Positions 20,738-29,640 of a stretch of DNA of 64,000 nt are shown in pieces. Numbering within the stretch: the stretch's first letter is position 1; each line of letters opens with the position of its first letter. Source of the DNA: an uncultured Candidatus Saccharibacteria bacterium (GTDB lineage: Bacteria; Patescibacteriota; Minisyncoccia; Phycocordibacterales; PCTT01). The DNA lies in NCBI GenBank assembly GCA_964566505.1, contig CAZMIM010000001.1, positions 199,690-263,689 on the forward strand, read 5' to 3'. Under the pieces are notes generated by a model. The model did no database searches and was not told the origin of the DNA. It worked only from the letters and a program-made list of their open reading frames with translations. Made by a program: the position numbers and the translations under genes.

Positions 20738-21728
20738 ATTCGACTTTGTATCAATCGGAGATATTGTTACAGACGCATTTATTGGTCTGCGCACAGACAA
20801 CACACAGGTCACATGTGATATCGATGGACGTCCATGCCAACTTTCAATAAATTTTGGTGACAAGCTTGAGTACAACACTCTTGATGTGATTCCAGCTGTG
20901 GGAAATAGCCCAAATGCATCGGTATCAGCACACCGACTTGGACTTTCATCTGCTCTCGTAACAAACATAGGAGATGATCGTTTTGGAAAAGAAGATTTAG
21001 AAGCACTCAAAAAAGAAGGTGTTTCCACAGATTTTGTAAAAGTTCATAAAGGACGACAGTCAAACTACCATTTCGTACTCCGGGTTGAGGCAGAAAGAAC
21101 CATTTTGGTAAAACACGAAGAATATACATATGAAATACCAAATTTTGATGAAGCACCTTCATGGATATATTTCTCATCAGTAGGAGAAAACTCAATTCCC
21201 TTTCATCACGAAATTGCTAAATACGTAACAGAAAATAATGTAAAGCTAGCGTTCCAACCTGGAACATTTCAAATAAAGCTTGGGTACGAAAAACTTAAAG
21301 ATGTTTATGGGGCTTCAGAACTATTTTTCTGTAACAAAGAAGAGGCTAAAAGAATCCTCAAAACAGACACAGATGACATGAAAGAAATACTAAAGGAAAT
21401 GCATGCACTAGGGCCATCTATAGCAATCATTACTGATGGTCCAAAGGGCGCATATGCATATGACGGAAAAGAGGGGTGGCACATGCCGATGTACCCAGAC
21501 CCAGCACCTCCTGTAGACAGAACTGGTGCCGGTGACTCTTTCTCATCTACTTTTACCTCAGCTTTGGCGCTTGGGCACGACATACCAACAGCTCTTTCAT
21601 GGGGGCCTATCAACTCTATGAGTGTAGTTCAACATGTTGGTGCACAAAAAGGACTTCTATCGCTTGAAGAGCTTAAAAAACACCTTGAAAACGCACCAGA
21701 AGATTACAAACCTGAGAAAATCATATGA
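20733..21728 (+). CDS. PfkB-family carbohydrate/nucleoside kinase (ribokinase-like)
   Basis: C-terminal DRTGAGDSFSSTF signature and N-terminal GG-like motif. Confidence 0.8.
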   Translation: MKFDFVSIGDIVTDAFIGLRTDNTQVTCDIDGRPCQLSINFGDKLEYNTLDVIPAVGNSPNASVSAHRLGLSSALVTNIGDDRFGKEDLEALKKEGVSTDFVKVHKGRQSNYHFVLRVEAERTILVKHEEYTYEIPNFDEAPSWIYFSSVGENSIPFHHEIAKYVTENNVKLAFQPGTFQIKLGYEKLKDVYGASELFFCNKEEAKRILKTDTDDMKEILKEMHALGPSIAIITDGPKGAYAYDGKEGWHMPMYPDPAPPVDRTGAGDSFSSTFTSALALGHDIPTALSWGPINSMSVVQHVGAQKGLLSLEELKKHLENAPEDYKPEKII

Positions 21729-22237
21729 TGAAAAAAGCAGAAAAACTCAGAAACCAAATATGTGAGACAGGGTTTACAAGTGTTCCAGAAAAAGAATACG
21801 GGCCACTATACAAAGAGCACCTATTGCGACAATATGATATTTATATAAAAACGCTCAATCACACCAGTGATGTAAAGCAAAAAGTAAATTCTTTCTTCCT
21901 TACACTCCACACTCTTCTCATCACTGCAATGGGTATTTCGTTTACCCAAGAAAATCCTTTTATTTCCAATGGTGGCCAGTTTGCACTTCCGTTAGTAGGA
22001 ATAATTATTTGTATTATTTGGTGGGCAATTGTGTACTCATACAAACAGAGAAGTATAGTTAAGACAACGGTTGTACAGTGTGTGGAAGATTATCTTCCAC
22101 TATCTCTCTACCAAGTGGAGTGGAAAATGCTAAAAAGCAGACATGGAGGATTTCGGTATCATTTCTTTAAAATAAGTCTCCTTATTCCTTGGGTGTTTAT
22201 TATTCTCTACGCCTTCATCCTTATCTTTTCAGTTTAA
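21725..22237 (+). CDS. hypothetical membrane protein (cytoplasmic N-domain plus 3-4 TM helices)
   Basis: 170-aa ORF overlapping the pfkB stop by 4 bp. Confidence 0.4.
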   Translation: MMKKAEKLRNQICETGFTSVPEKEYGPLYKEHLLRQYDIYIKTLNHTSDVKQKVNSFFLTLHTLLITAMGISFTQENPFISNGGQFALPLVGIIICIIWWAIVYSYKQRSIVKTTVVQCVEDYLPLSLYQVEWKMLKSRHGGFRYHFFKISLLIPWVFIILYAFILIFSV

Positions 22238-22799
22238 TAACCTCTTTATATCGAAAGCAGTCAACTGTGTGATCATTCACGAGCCCTGCCGCCTGCATGA
22301 ATGCGTATATAGTAGTAGAGCCCACAAACTTCATTCCTCTCTTCTTTAAATCTTTTGATAGAGCATCAGACTCTTTTGATGTAGTGGGTATATCTTTTTG
22401 TGTTTTACATTTGTTTATTTTTGGCGCACCTCCTACAAAACCCCAAATATAATCAGAAAAGCTTCCAAACTCTTTTTGTATTTCCTGAAACACTCGAGCG
22501 TTTGTAATTGCTCCTTCTATTTTTAATCTATTTCTAATAATTCCTGCATCTTTTAGAAGTTCTGTTTTCTTTTTCGCGTCATATTTTGCGATTTTTTTAT
22601 AGTTAAAATTATCAAACACTTTTTTAAAATTTGCTCGTTTGTGTAAAATTGTTCTCCACGAAAGACCAGCTTGGAATGTATCCAAGAGCATATATTCGAA
22701 TAGCTTCTTGTCGTCATAGCATGGCACACCCCACTCTGTATCGTGGTAGGCAATCATAAGCCCATCACTTTCCTGTGGCCAGATACATCTATTTTTCAT
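22221..22799 (-). CDS. tag: DNA-3-methyladenine glycosylase I
   Basis: YHDTEWGVP, LDTFQAGLSWRTIL and zinc-binding Cys/His pattern of Tag. Confidence 0.88.
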   Translation of the reverse strand: MKNRCIWPQESDGLMIAYHDTEWGVPCYDDKKLFEYMLLDTFQAGLSWRTILHKRANFKKVFDNFNYKKIAKYDAKKKTELLKDAGIIRNRLKIEGAITNARVFQEIQKEFGSFSDYIWGFVGGAPKINKCKTQKDIPTTSKESDALSKDLKKRGMKFVGSTTIYAFMQAAGLVNDHTVDCFRYKEVIKLKR

Positions 22800-22946
22800 C
22801 CCGTAGTAAAAAATTAGTTTGATTAATTAGACAAGTTGGTTTCGACACAACCAAGTCTATCTCTCATTTCCCGTAAGTATATCTAATTAATCTCTGTTGA
22901 AGTAGTTAACACTACTTCAACGAACTAATTTATACTACGGGATTCA
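22795..22946 (-). mobile_element. MITE-like repeat copy B (inverted relative to copy A)
   Basis: Reverse complement of copy A with a few substitutions; the terminus again abuts the tag start codon (tactacgggATGAAAAAT on the minus strand). Confidence 0.7.
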
Positions 22947-23020
22947 TAGGAATAATAATATCATCACTTTTATGATATATTGATTTTAGTTCGCACCTCT
23001 AACACAAAAAGGTATATTCA

Positions 23021-23224
23021 ATGAACACGCCAACATATCTGCTTGTTACAAAAGCGCTGAAGATGACAGGGCTCAGTATTGCACTTTTTATCTTATGGGT
23101 CATTCTCATAGGATCAATTTTTGGAGAAACCTTTTCTCAAATGCCCCTATACGCTGGAATTGCTCTCAACTTTGGCGGCGCTGGTATTGGCACCTGGCAA
23201 ACAATCAAAATGCTGGGTACATAA
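23021..23224 (+). CDS. hypothetical small membrane protein
   Basis: 67 aa, two hydrophobic helices; followed by a terminator. Confidence 0.3.
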   Translation: MNTPTYLLVTKALKMTGLSIALFILWVILIGSIFGETFSQMPLYAGIALNFGGAGIGTWQTIKMLGT

Positions 23225-23242
23225 ACATGTGCCCAAAAACAC

Positions 23243-23272
23243 AACGGCTCAACTTTTTTAAGTTGAGCCGTT
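23243..23272. terminator. Rho-independent terminator (aacggctcaacttttttaagttgagccgtt)
   Basis: 12-bp perfect stem; same ACGGCTCA/TGAGCCGT stem family as 88-129 and 25226-25254. Confidence 0.6.
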
Positions 23273-23277
23273 TATCT

Positions 23278-24300
23278 TTATAACCCTTCTACTCGCCCGA
23301 GTTTGAAGCTTTCTGCGTGCGTAATGATTCTATTCATAAAAGAAACTGCCTCTACTGGATATTTACCAGATGCAGTTTCGTCAGATAGCATAACAGCACT
23401 TGAGCCGTCATATACTGCATTTGCAACATCTGAAACTTCTGCTCGTGTTGGTTCTGGGCTATTCACCATAGAAAGCATCATTTGTGTTGCCGTGATGGCG
23501 GGTGTGTCATGCCAGCGTCCATTTCTAATCATGTGCTTCTGAGTAAACGGAAGTTCCTCTACAGGTATTTCAACTCCCAAATCACCACGTGCAATCATGA
23601 TTGCGTCTGATCCTTGAATAATTCCATCCATATTATCCACAGAAAGCCTTGTCTCCATTTTTGCAATAACTTTTGCTTTACCTCCAATCATTTCTTTGAG
23701 CTCAAGAACATCTCCTTCATCTTGAACAAACGATATAGCAACAAAATCTACACCTTGAGATAACCCAAATAATACATCTTTTTTATCTTTTTCTGTTAGG
23801 CCAGATAGAGACAGTCGTGTGTCGGGTACGTTAACAGATTTACGTGAATACAAAACTCCGGCTTGAGTAACTCGAGCATAAATACGACTATCATCAACCT
23901 CTGTTACAACCAGCTTTATTGCTCCATTTGCAAGATATAGAGGTTGTTCAATCTTAATATCGCTCACCAGACTTTTGCTGTCTATAAATATTGCTTCTGT
24001 GTCATCTTGATTTATAGAAAATATAACATCCTGTCCATATGAAAGATGTACTCCTTCGTCAGATACTTTTCCCACACGAATACGGGGCCCTTGGAGATCC
24101 TGAAGAATCTTCACATTTAAGTTGTGTTTTTTGTTTATGTCTTCTATTTTTTCTTTACGAGCTAAAAACTCTTCTTCTGTACAATGTGAAAAGTTCATTC
24201 TTGCTATGTCCATCCCAGCAAGTGCAAGCTTTTCTAATGTTTCATATGATTCTGATGTTGGTCCAATAGTTGCTATTATCTTCGTTTTTCGTTTATGCAT
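23278..24300 (-). CDS. pyk: pyruvate kinase (catalytic domains only, no C-terminal regulatory domain)
   Basis: KTKIIATIGPTSES, MDIARMNFSH, MIARGDLGVEIP motifs; the ORF continues to 24426 but the start is probably MHKRK. Confidence 0.85.
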   Translation of the reverse strand: MHKRKTKIIATIGPTSESYETLEKLALAGMDIARMNFSHCTEEEFLARKEKIEDINKKHNLNVKILQDLQGPRIRVGKVSDEGVHLSYGQDVIFSINQDDTEAIFIDSKSLVSDIKIEQPLYLANGAIKLVVTEVDDSRIYARVTQAGVLYSRKSVNVPDTRLSLSGLTEKDKKDVLFGLSQGVDFVAISFVQDEGDVLELKEMIGGKAKVIAKMETRLSVDNMDGIIQGSDAIMIARGDLGVEIPVEELPFTQKHMIRNGRWHDTPAITATQMMLSMVNSPEPTRAEVSDVANAVYDGSSAVMLSDETASGKYPVEAVSFMNRIITHAESFKLGRVEGL

Positions 24301-24462
24301 TTTAAAAAAATAAATAGTAAAGAGAAGTCCCATCATAATACGGAACTCCTCTTTTACATAATTGTGGAAAAATACATCAAAATTAGCATTTTTGTAATAA
24401 GTATTTTTGACAAAAGCAATAAACATTTATATGTTAGACAAGACGCACATTCAAAATAAAAG

Positions 24463-24795
24463 GTGGACAACATGACTATCGAGAGATTTGTTAGCCCAAT
24501 TAAAGAAATGGGAAGAAAACTTGGGTATATTATGTTCTGGTCATTCTATTGTGGACTCCTGAGCGCTACGCGTATGACAATGGGTGTAATGATTTTTTCT
24601 TTAATAGCAACGTTAGTGATGACGCTGTCTAATTGGTTATTTTTTTCAACACCCTGGACACAATTTACAGTAGCTTTTGTTTTCATTCTACTGGGAATTT
24701 ATCCATCAATTAAAATACACAAACTGTACAAGAAACAGGTTGAGTATTTTATACAGACAGCCGTCCCAAAAGAATTTCACAACCTTCTTTACTGA
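24463..24795 (+). CDS. hypothetical membrane protein
   Basis: 110 aa, 3 TM helices; terminator at 24811-24842. Confidence 0.35.
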   Translation: MDNMTIERFVSPIKEMGRKLGYIMFWSFYCGLLSATRMTMGVMIFSLIATLVMTLSNWLFFSTPWTQFTVAFVFILLGIYPSIKIHKLYKKQVEYFIQTAVPKEFHNLLY

Positions 24796-24810
24796 GGGTT
24801 GCTGTAAATA

Positions 24811-24842
24811 AAAAGCGAACCTGCCTCGGTTCGCTTTTTTTA
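24811..24842 (+). terminator. Rho-independent terminator (aaagcgaacctgcctcggttcgcttttttt)
   Basis: 10-bp stem followed by a T-run. Confidence 0.6.
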
Positions 24843-24916
24843 TTCACTTATATATTCAAATCGTGGTTTTTATGATACTTTAAAAAAGAAAAAACTCTCA
24901 ACAAAACAGAGTAATA

Positions 24917-25219
24917 ATGATGTTCCCAATAGATGTTAGTTCCTTCTCTCTTACTAAACGTTTTATTTGCCAAGCAATATCAACCATTTACTATTTTGTT
25001 GTATTTGCTTTTTTCTGGATTACTGAGGCATATTTATTTTTAACTTTCTTTAATGTAGATACAGTCGCAACTATTGTTGCAGAAAATGCTACGGCTCTAT
25101 ACATTATTAATGCAATAGGCACTTTCGCATTTTGTATACATTTTCCAATCTTTACCGGCTTTCGTGGCAAGTTAAGAAAAAGAATTGAAGAATATAACAA
25201 TAAACACTATCGCTCTTAA
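24917..25219 (+). CDS. hypothetical membrane protein
   Basis: 100 aa, 3 TM helices. Confidence 0.35.
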   Translation: MMFPIDVSSFSLTKRFICQAISTIYYFVVFAFFWITEAYLFLTFFNVDTVATIVAENATALYIINAIGTFAFCIHFPIFTGFRGKLRKRIEEYNNKHYRS

Positions 25220-25225
25220 ATAAAC

Positions 25226-25258
25226 AAACGGCTCATTTTGAAAATGAGCCGTTTATCT
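25226..25258. terminator. Rho-independent terminator (aaacggctcattttgaaaatgagccgttt), near-identical to the hairpin at 88-129
   Basis: Perfect 12-bp stem; one-base loop difference (c/g) from the first copy. Confidence 0.6.
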
Positions 25259-25473
25259 TATTCACCTATATATTCAAATCTCTTTGTTTGCTTTCCGTCT
25301 ATTTCTACCAACTCTTCAAACATCGCAATTGGTCGAACCCACAACTTAGACATATCATTGTCATATTGCGCTTCGTATACCACCAGGTCTTCAAGTGTTT
25401 CTGAGTGCTTTGCTACGCCCAACACTTTATACATCCTCCCTGATTTTGAGTGTTTATATAGTCCTGTTTTCAT
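25258..25473 (-). CDS. DUF1653 domain protein
   Basis: YKHSKSGRMYKVLGVAKHSETLEDLVVYEAQYDN...LWVRPIAMFEE matches the conserved DUF1653 pattern. Confidence 0.65.
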   Translation of the reverse strand: MKTGLYKHSKSGRMYKVLGVAKHSETLEDLVVYEAQYDNDMSKLWVRPIAMFEELVEIDGKQTKRFEYIGE

Positions 25474-25518
25474 ACTTTTTGCAATTATTAATTAATATGT
25501 TTTGTTTATTAAAACATA

Positions 25519-26246
25519 TTATTTTTTACCATCAATGATATTTAGAATATCTTCTGCAGAAGATTTACCGAGTGTAGATTCAAATAGTTTTAATGTGTCT
25601 AACTCATACAGCAACACGAGAACTTGGACTACTAATGTTCCAAAAATTGCTTTCATTATAGAATCAACTAACATTTCATAACTTGGAACAAAAAGAAGTG
25701 ATACTAGTAGCAAAATTGCCAAAAAATTCACCAACATCCACTCTTGAGAAGGCATTCTTTCTACTTGCAACGAAACCATTCTCTTACGGGCGAGTTGCAG
25801 TGAATCAAGACTTGCGATCATATTACTAATCGTTTCATTTTTTACAGACGGAAGATTTTCATCACCACCAGTATCTGAAAGTAAGTTTCCCAAAAGAAGT
25901 AATGGTGTTTGATTTATTTACAAAATGATAATCCCACTGACCCGTGCTTAAAATCTTGCTGTAGTGCTTCTTGATGATTTCACCAGCCTTTTTTTTGAGA
26001 AGACTTACTAAGTGTTTCAAAACTTCTATATAGAGCTGATATATTGCCGTCAAACTCAGATATTGTTGATCTAATGTTGTTATATCTATTGTTTTGTCTC
26101 GAAACAAAAAATCCTGTCAAAATCGCAAATATAAAAGTTGAAATTGTCATAAATGTCGATACAGACTCAGATCCAATCTGAATCGGTACAAAGAAATATA
26201 TTATGGCCAAAACTATAAATATAAGACCCGAATGATAATTATTCAT
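25519..26246 (-). pseudogene. three overlapping minus-strand ORFs in three frames (25980-26246, 25862-26107, 25519-25893): possible frameshifted membrane protein gene or separate small genes
   Basis: Contiguous coding-like ORFs with TM segments in shifting frames; no recognised domain. Confidence 0.2.
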
Positions 26247-26275
26247 GTAATATTAATTAAAATAATCTAATAATT

Positions 26276-27256
26276 TTATTTTCGTTTTAATACTCTATTT
26301 ATAGCTTTTTCTATATCACTCTCTTCCATACCATAGTGAGCAATGAGTTCTTCTGGCTTACCTGACTGTCCAAATACATCATCTACACCAACAAACTCAA
26401 TCGGCACAGGGTTTTCACGAGCAAGTACCTCAGCAACAGCGCTCCCCATACCGCCTGCTTTTTGATGCTCTTCTACAGTTACTACTGCTCCTGCTTTTTT
26501 AGCAATAGCAATAACCGCTTTTTCATCAAGAGGTTTTATTGTTGAGAGATTAAGAACACTTATAGCAACCTCATCTTTTAGTGATTCTGCAACACGAAGA
26601 GCTTTGTACACCAGTGCACCAGTTGCAACCACTGCAACTTCTGGCTTTTTTGATTCCCAAAATAGCTCTGCCTTTCCTATCTTAAATGGAGTTTTCTCTG
26701 TTGTAATAATTGGAGTTTTCTCTCGTGCAAGACGAAGATATGTAGGGGAGACAGTTTTAGCACACGCTATTGTTGCTTTTTTTGCTTCAATTGCATCACA
26801 TGGTGAAATCACAACCATTCTTGGAATTACTCGCATAATGGCAATATCCTCTACTGCTTGGTGCGTTCCTCCATCAGGACCCACAGAGACGCCTGCGTGT
26901 GAGCCAGCAATTTTTACTGGCACATTGTTATAGCAAATAGTGGTGCGAATCTGTTCCCAGTTCCTACCTGGTGAAAACATTGCATAACTTGTGATAAATG
27001 GAATCTTGCCCATTGCTGCCATTCCAGACGCCACAGACGCCAGATTTTGCTCAGCAACACCTATTTGGATATATCGCTCAGGAAATGACTTTGCAAATTC
27101 TGTCATACGAGTAGAGTCGGTTAAATCTGCGCAAAGCCCCACTACTTTTTCATCCTTTTTACCCGCTTCAAAAAGCCCTTCTCCAAATCCATTTCGAATA
27201 GGAGTCATGTCTGTCTCATCTGTAAATATTTTTTTATTTAGAGTTTTATTTATCAT
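26276..27256 (-). CDS. tktB: transketolase, C-terminal subunit (pyrimidine-binding plus C-terminal domains)
   Basis: GFGEGLFEAGKKDEKVVGLCADL, YIQIGVAEQNLASVASGMA motifs. Confidence 0.88.
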   Translation of the reverse strand: MINKTLNKKIFTDETDMTPIRNGFGEGLFEAGKKDEKVVGLCADLTDSTRMTEFAKSFPERYIQIGVAEQNLASVASGMAAMGKIPFITSYAMFSPGRNWEQIRTTICYNNVPVKIAGSHAGVSVGPDGGTHQAVEDIAIMRVIPRMVVISPCDAIEAKKATIACAKTVSPTYLRLAREKTPIITTEKTPFKIGKAELFWESKKPEVAVVATGALVYKALRVAESLKDEVAISVLNLSTIKPLDEKAVIAIAKKAGAVVTVEEHQKAGGMGSAVAEVLARENPVPIEFVGVDDVFGQSGKPEELIAHYGMEESDIEKAINRVLKRK

Positions 27257-27648
27257 TAATTATCAGATAATTTCTCAATTCTATGTTTTTTCTTTATTTG
27301 CCAATATGCCTTATCCCTTCCAGATCCACTATCTCCGATTTTCATTAATTCAGCAGGATATTTTTTCTTCGCTTTTTCTAACTTCTCTCTAATCATCTTT
27401 TCTGAATCTAAACCAAGAAGAACAGATAATTCTAAGCAATAAATAATTACATCTGGTATTTCGTCTCTTAATTCTTTCATTTTTTCGGAATTATTTTTTA
27501 CTTCTTCTATAGATGCGCTTTCCCATTGAAAAATCTCTAAAAGCTCAGCAGCTTCAATGCTAATAGATTTAACCAAATCAGAAGGGTTTAAATTATCCCA
27601 ACCTCTTTCTTTCAAATATTCTAAAATATCTTTTTCTAAATCTTTCAT
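27256..27648 (-). CDS. MazG-like nucleotide pyrophosphohydrolase (all-alpha NTP-PPase)
   Basis: IEAAELLEIFQW ... EIPDVIIYCLEL motifs of MazG-type NTP-PPases; inserted between the two transketolase halves. Confidence 0.65.
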   Translation of the reverse strand: MKDLEKDILEYLKERGWDNLNPSDLVKSISIEAAELLEIFQWESASIEEVKNNSEKMKELRDEIPDVIIYCLELSVLLGLDSEKMIREKLEKAKKKYPAELMKIGDSGSGRDKAYWQIKKKHRIEKLSDN

Positions 27649-27653
27649 ACAAT

Positions 27654-28559
27654 TTAATCAAGGTGGCTTGCTTCGATTGTTCCTCGAAGTGTTCGTAGTT
27701 CATTTATGGCCATTTTTCCCTCACTATCACTTGGTGGTTTGCCGTGCCATTCTGCTTTTCGCATAAACTCTTTCACACCTTTGCCTGGAATGGTATGTGC
27801 AATAATCACTGATGGTTTTTCAAATACTGCATGCGCTTGCCCAAATGCAGAATGAATCTCTTCAAAATTATTACCATCTATTTCTATTACATGCCATCCA
27901 AATGATTCCCATTTTGCATCAAGTGGCTCAAGAGGCATTACATCTTCTGTATTTCCGTCAATCTGAATATTATTTCTATCAATCACCACAACAAGGTTAT
28001 GAAGTTCTTCTTTACCTGCAAGCATCGCCGCCTCCCAGCTCTGCCCACAATCAAGCTCTCCGTCACTCATGAGGCAGTAAAAATGCTTATCGCTTGTTTT
28101 TCCGTTGTCAATTCTCTCAGCAAGCGCCATTCCAACTGCTTGTGAAAGTCCTGAGCCAAGCGGACCAGATGATGTTTCAATTCCTGGCAAATACTCTTTG
28201 TGGGGGTGCCCTTGGAGTCGTGATTTAAATTTTCGCAAAGTAGACAACTCTTTTACTGGAAAATATCCAGAGTGCGCCATGGTCGCATACAAAACAGGGC
28301 AAATGTGTCCGTTTGAAAGAATTACTCTGTCTCTATCAGTCCATAGTGGATCTTTTGGTTTATGATTTAATCTTTCAAAATATAGATATGTAAAAATATC
28401 TGCCATACCAAGAGGGCCTGCGGTATGTCCTGAGCCAGCCTCTACAAGCATCTCTATAATAGATGTACGTATATCATTTGCTTTTAGCTCTAGTTCTTTT
28501 ATTCGTTCGTCGCTTAGATGCATATTATAGTGAAGAGAAATATTCAATCGTTCCGGCAA
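27654..28559 (-). CDS. tktA: transketolase, N-terminal subunit (thiamine-diphosphate binding)
   Basis: GSGHTAGPLGMADIF, GHPH, SDGELDCGQSWEA motifs. Confidence 0.88.
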   Translation of the reverse strand: MPERLNISLHYNMHLSDERIKELELKANDIRTSIIEMLVEAGSGHTAGPLGMADIFTYLYFERLNHKPKDPLWTDRDRVILSNGHICPVLYATMAHSGYFPVKELSTLRKFKSRLQGHPHKEYLPGIETSSGPLGSGLSQAVGMALAERIDNGKTSDKHFYCLMSDGELDCGQSWEAAMLAGKEELHNLVVVIDRNNIQIDGNTEDVMPLEPLDAKWESFGWHVIEIDGNNFEEIHSAFGQAHAVFEKPSVIIAHTIPGKGVKEFMRKAEWHGKPPSDSEGKMAINELRTLRGTIEASHLD

Positions 28560-29226
28560 TATCGCCAGAGTTAAAAATAGCAGAGCCAGAAACCAATTTA
28601 TCGACTCCCGCCTCTACAAGCTTTGGAGCAGTTTCTTTATTTACTCCAATATCAACAGCAATTGTACCACGGTAGATACTTCGTAAATCTTTTACTCGTG
28701 TGTATACCCGCTCATCAAGCTCTACTCCATGAAATCCAATCTTGTCACTGCCCATCATTTGTACTGAATCTGCATATTCAAGATAGGGAAGAAGAAGCTT
28801 GATATCAGTAGAAGGACGAATCGCAATACACACTCGCACACCCCTATCATGTGCCCTTTTAATAATGCCTTCCATGCTTTGTGTGCTTTCTATGTGAACA
28901 ACAAGAAGTTTTGCTCCAACATCTATAAAGTGATCTAGAAAATATTGTGGATCTTGCACCATCAAATCAAGCTCAAAATCAATCTCTGTCATTGCTTTCT
29001 TATTTTCATGCATGTCTTGGAACTCTGCCCTACTTTCCTGATTTAGAAATGGCCAGCTAGGCTTTGGAGTGTATAACCCATCCATAACATCAATCTGCAC
29101 ACGCTCAACACCACTGACTTTTGAAACATGTTCAGTAATGTCAGGAAAAGATTCCGGAATAATAGCCGGAACCACAGAAACTTTGCGCCCCATACTATTC
29201 ATCAATTGCTTGAATTCGTCGAGCAT
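28525..29226 (-). CDS. rpe: ribulose-phosphate 3-epimerase family protein
   Basis: QIDVMDGLYTPKPSWPF and VHIES/IAVDIGVN TIM-barrel motifs. Confidence 0.75.
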   Translation of the reverse strand: MLDEFKQLMNSMGRKVSVVPAIIPESFPDITEHVSKVSGVERVQIDVMDGLYTPKPSWPFLNQESRAEFQDMHENKKAMTEIDFELDLMVQDPQYFLDHFIDVGAKLLVVHIESTQSMEGIIKRAHDRGVRVCIAIRPSTDIKLLLPYLEYADSVQMMGSDKIGFHGVELDERVYTRVKDLRSIYRGTIAVDIGVNKETAPKLVEAGVDKLVSGSAIFNSGDIAGTIEYFSSL

Positions 29227-29638
29227 ATCGCTCTTTGTTAGAAAATTCTGTAGAAAGCCAAATCTCTATAGCGCGTATTGCCTCTTGTGAAGTAAGAAAT
29301 CTTGCCCCAAGAGAAAGAATATTCGCATCATTGTGCTCACGAGTAAGTTTTACTATCTCCTCACTTCCTCCATAATACACACCTGCATATATCCCCTTAT
29401 ATCTATTACACACAATCGCCTCACCTTGTCCTGAACCACCAAGAACAATTCCTTTTCTGTGCTCTGGGTCTTCAGAAACAGCCTCAGCAACAGGCCTTAC
29501 AAAATCTACAAAATCATCATCTTCATCTGGCCCAAACGCCCCTTTGTCTACCACCTCATATTCTTTTTCTATAAGCCACGCGATTATGTCTTCTTTTAGG
29601 TCAAAACCTGCGTGGTCTGCTCCAATATATATTTTCAT
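29195..29638 (-). CDS. rpiB: ribose-5-phosphate isomerase B
   Basis: MKIYIGADHAGFDLKE ... GIVLGGSGQGEAIVCNRYKGIYA. Confidence 0.9.
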   Translation of the reverse strand: MKIYIGADHAGFDLKEDIIAWLIEKEYEVVDKGAFGPDEDDDFVDFVRPVAEAVSEDPEHRKGIVLGGSGQGEAIVCNRYKGIYAGVYYGGSEEIVKLTREHNDANILSLGARFLTSQEAIRAIEIWLSTEFSNKERYARRIQAIDE

Positions 29639-29640
29639 AA

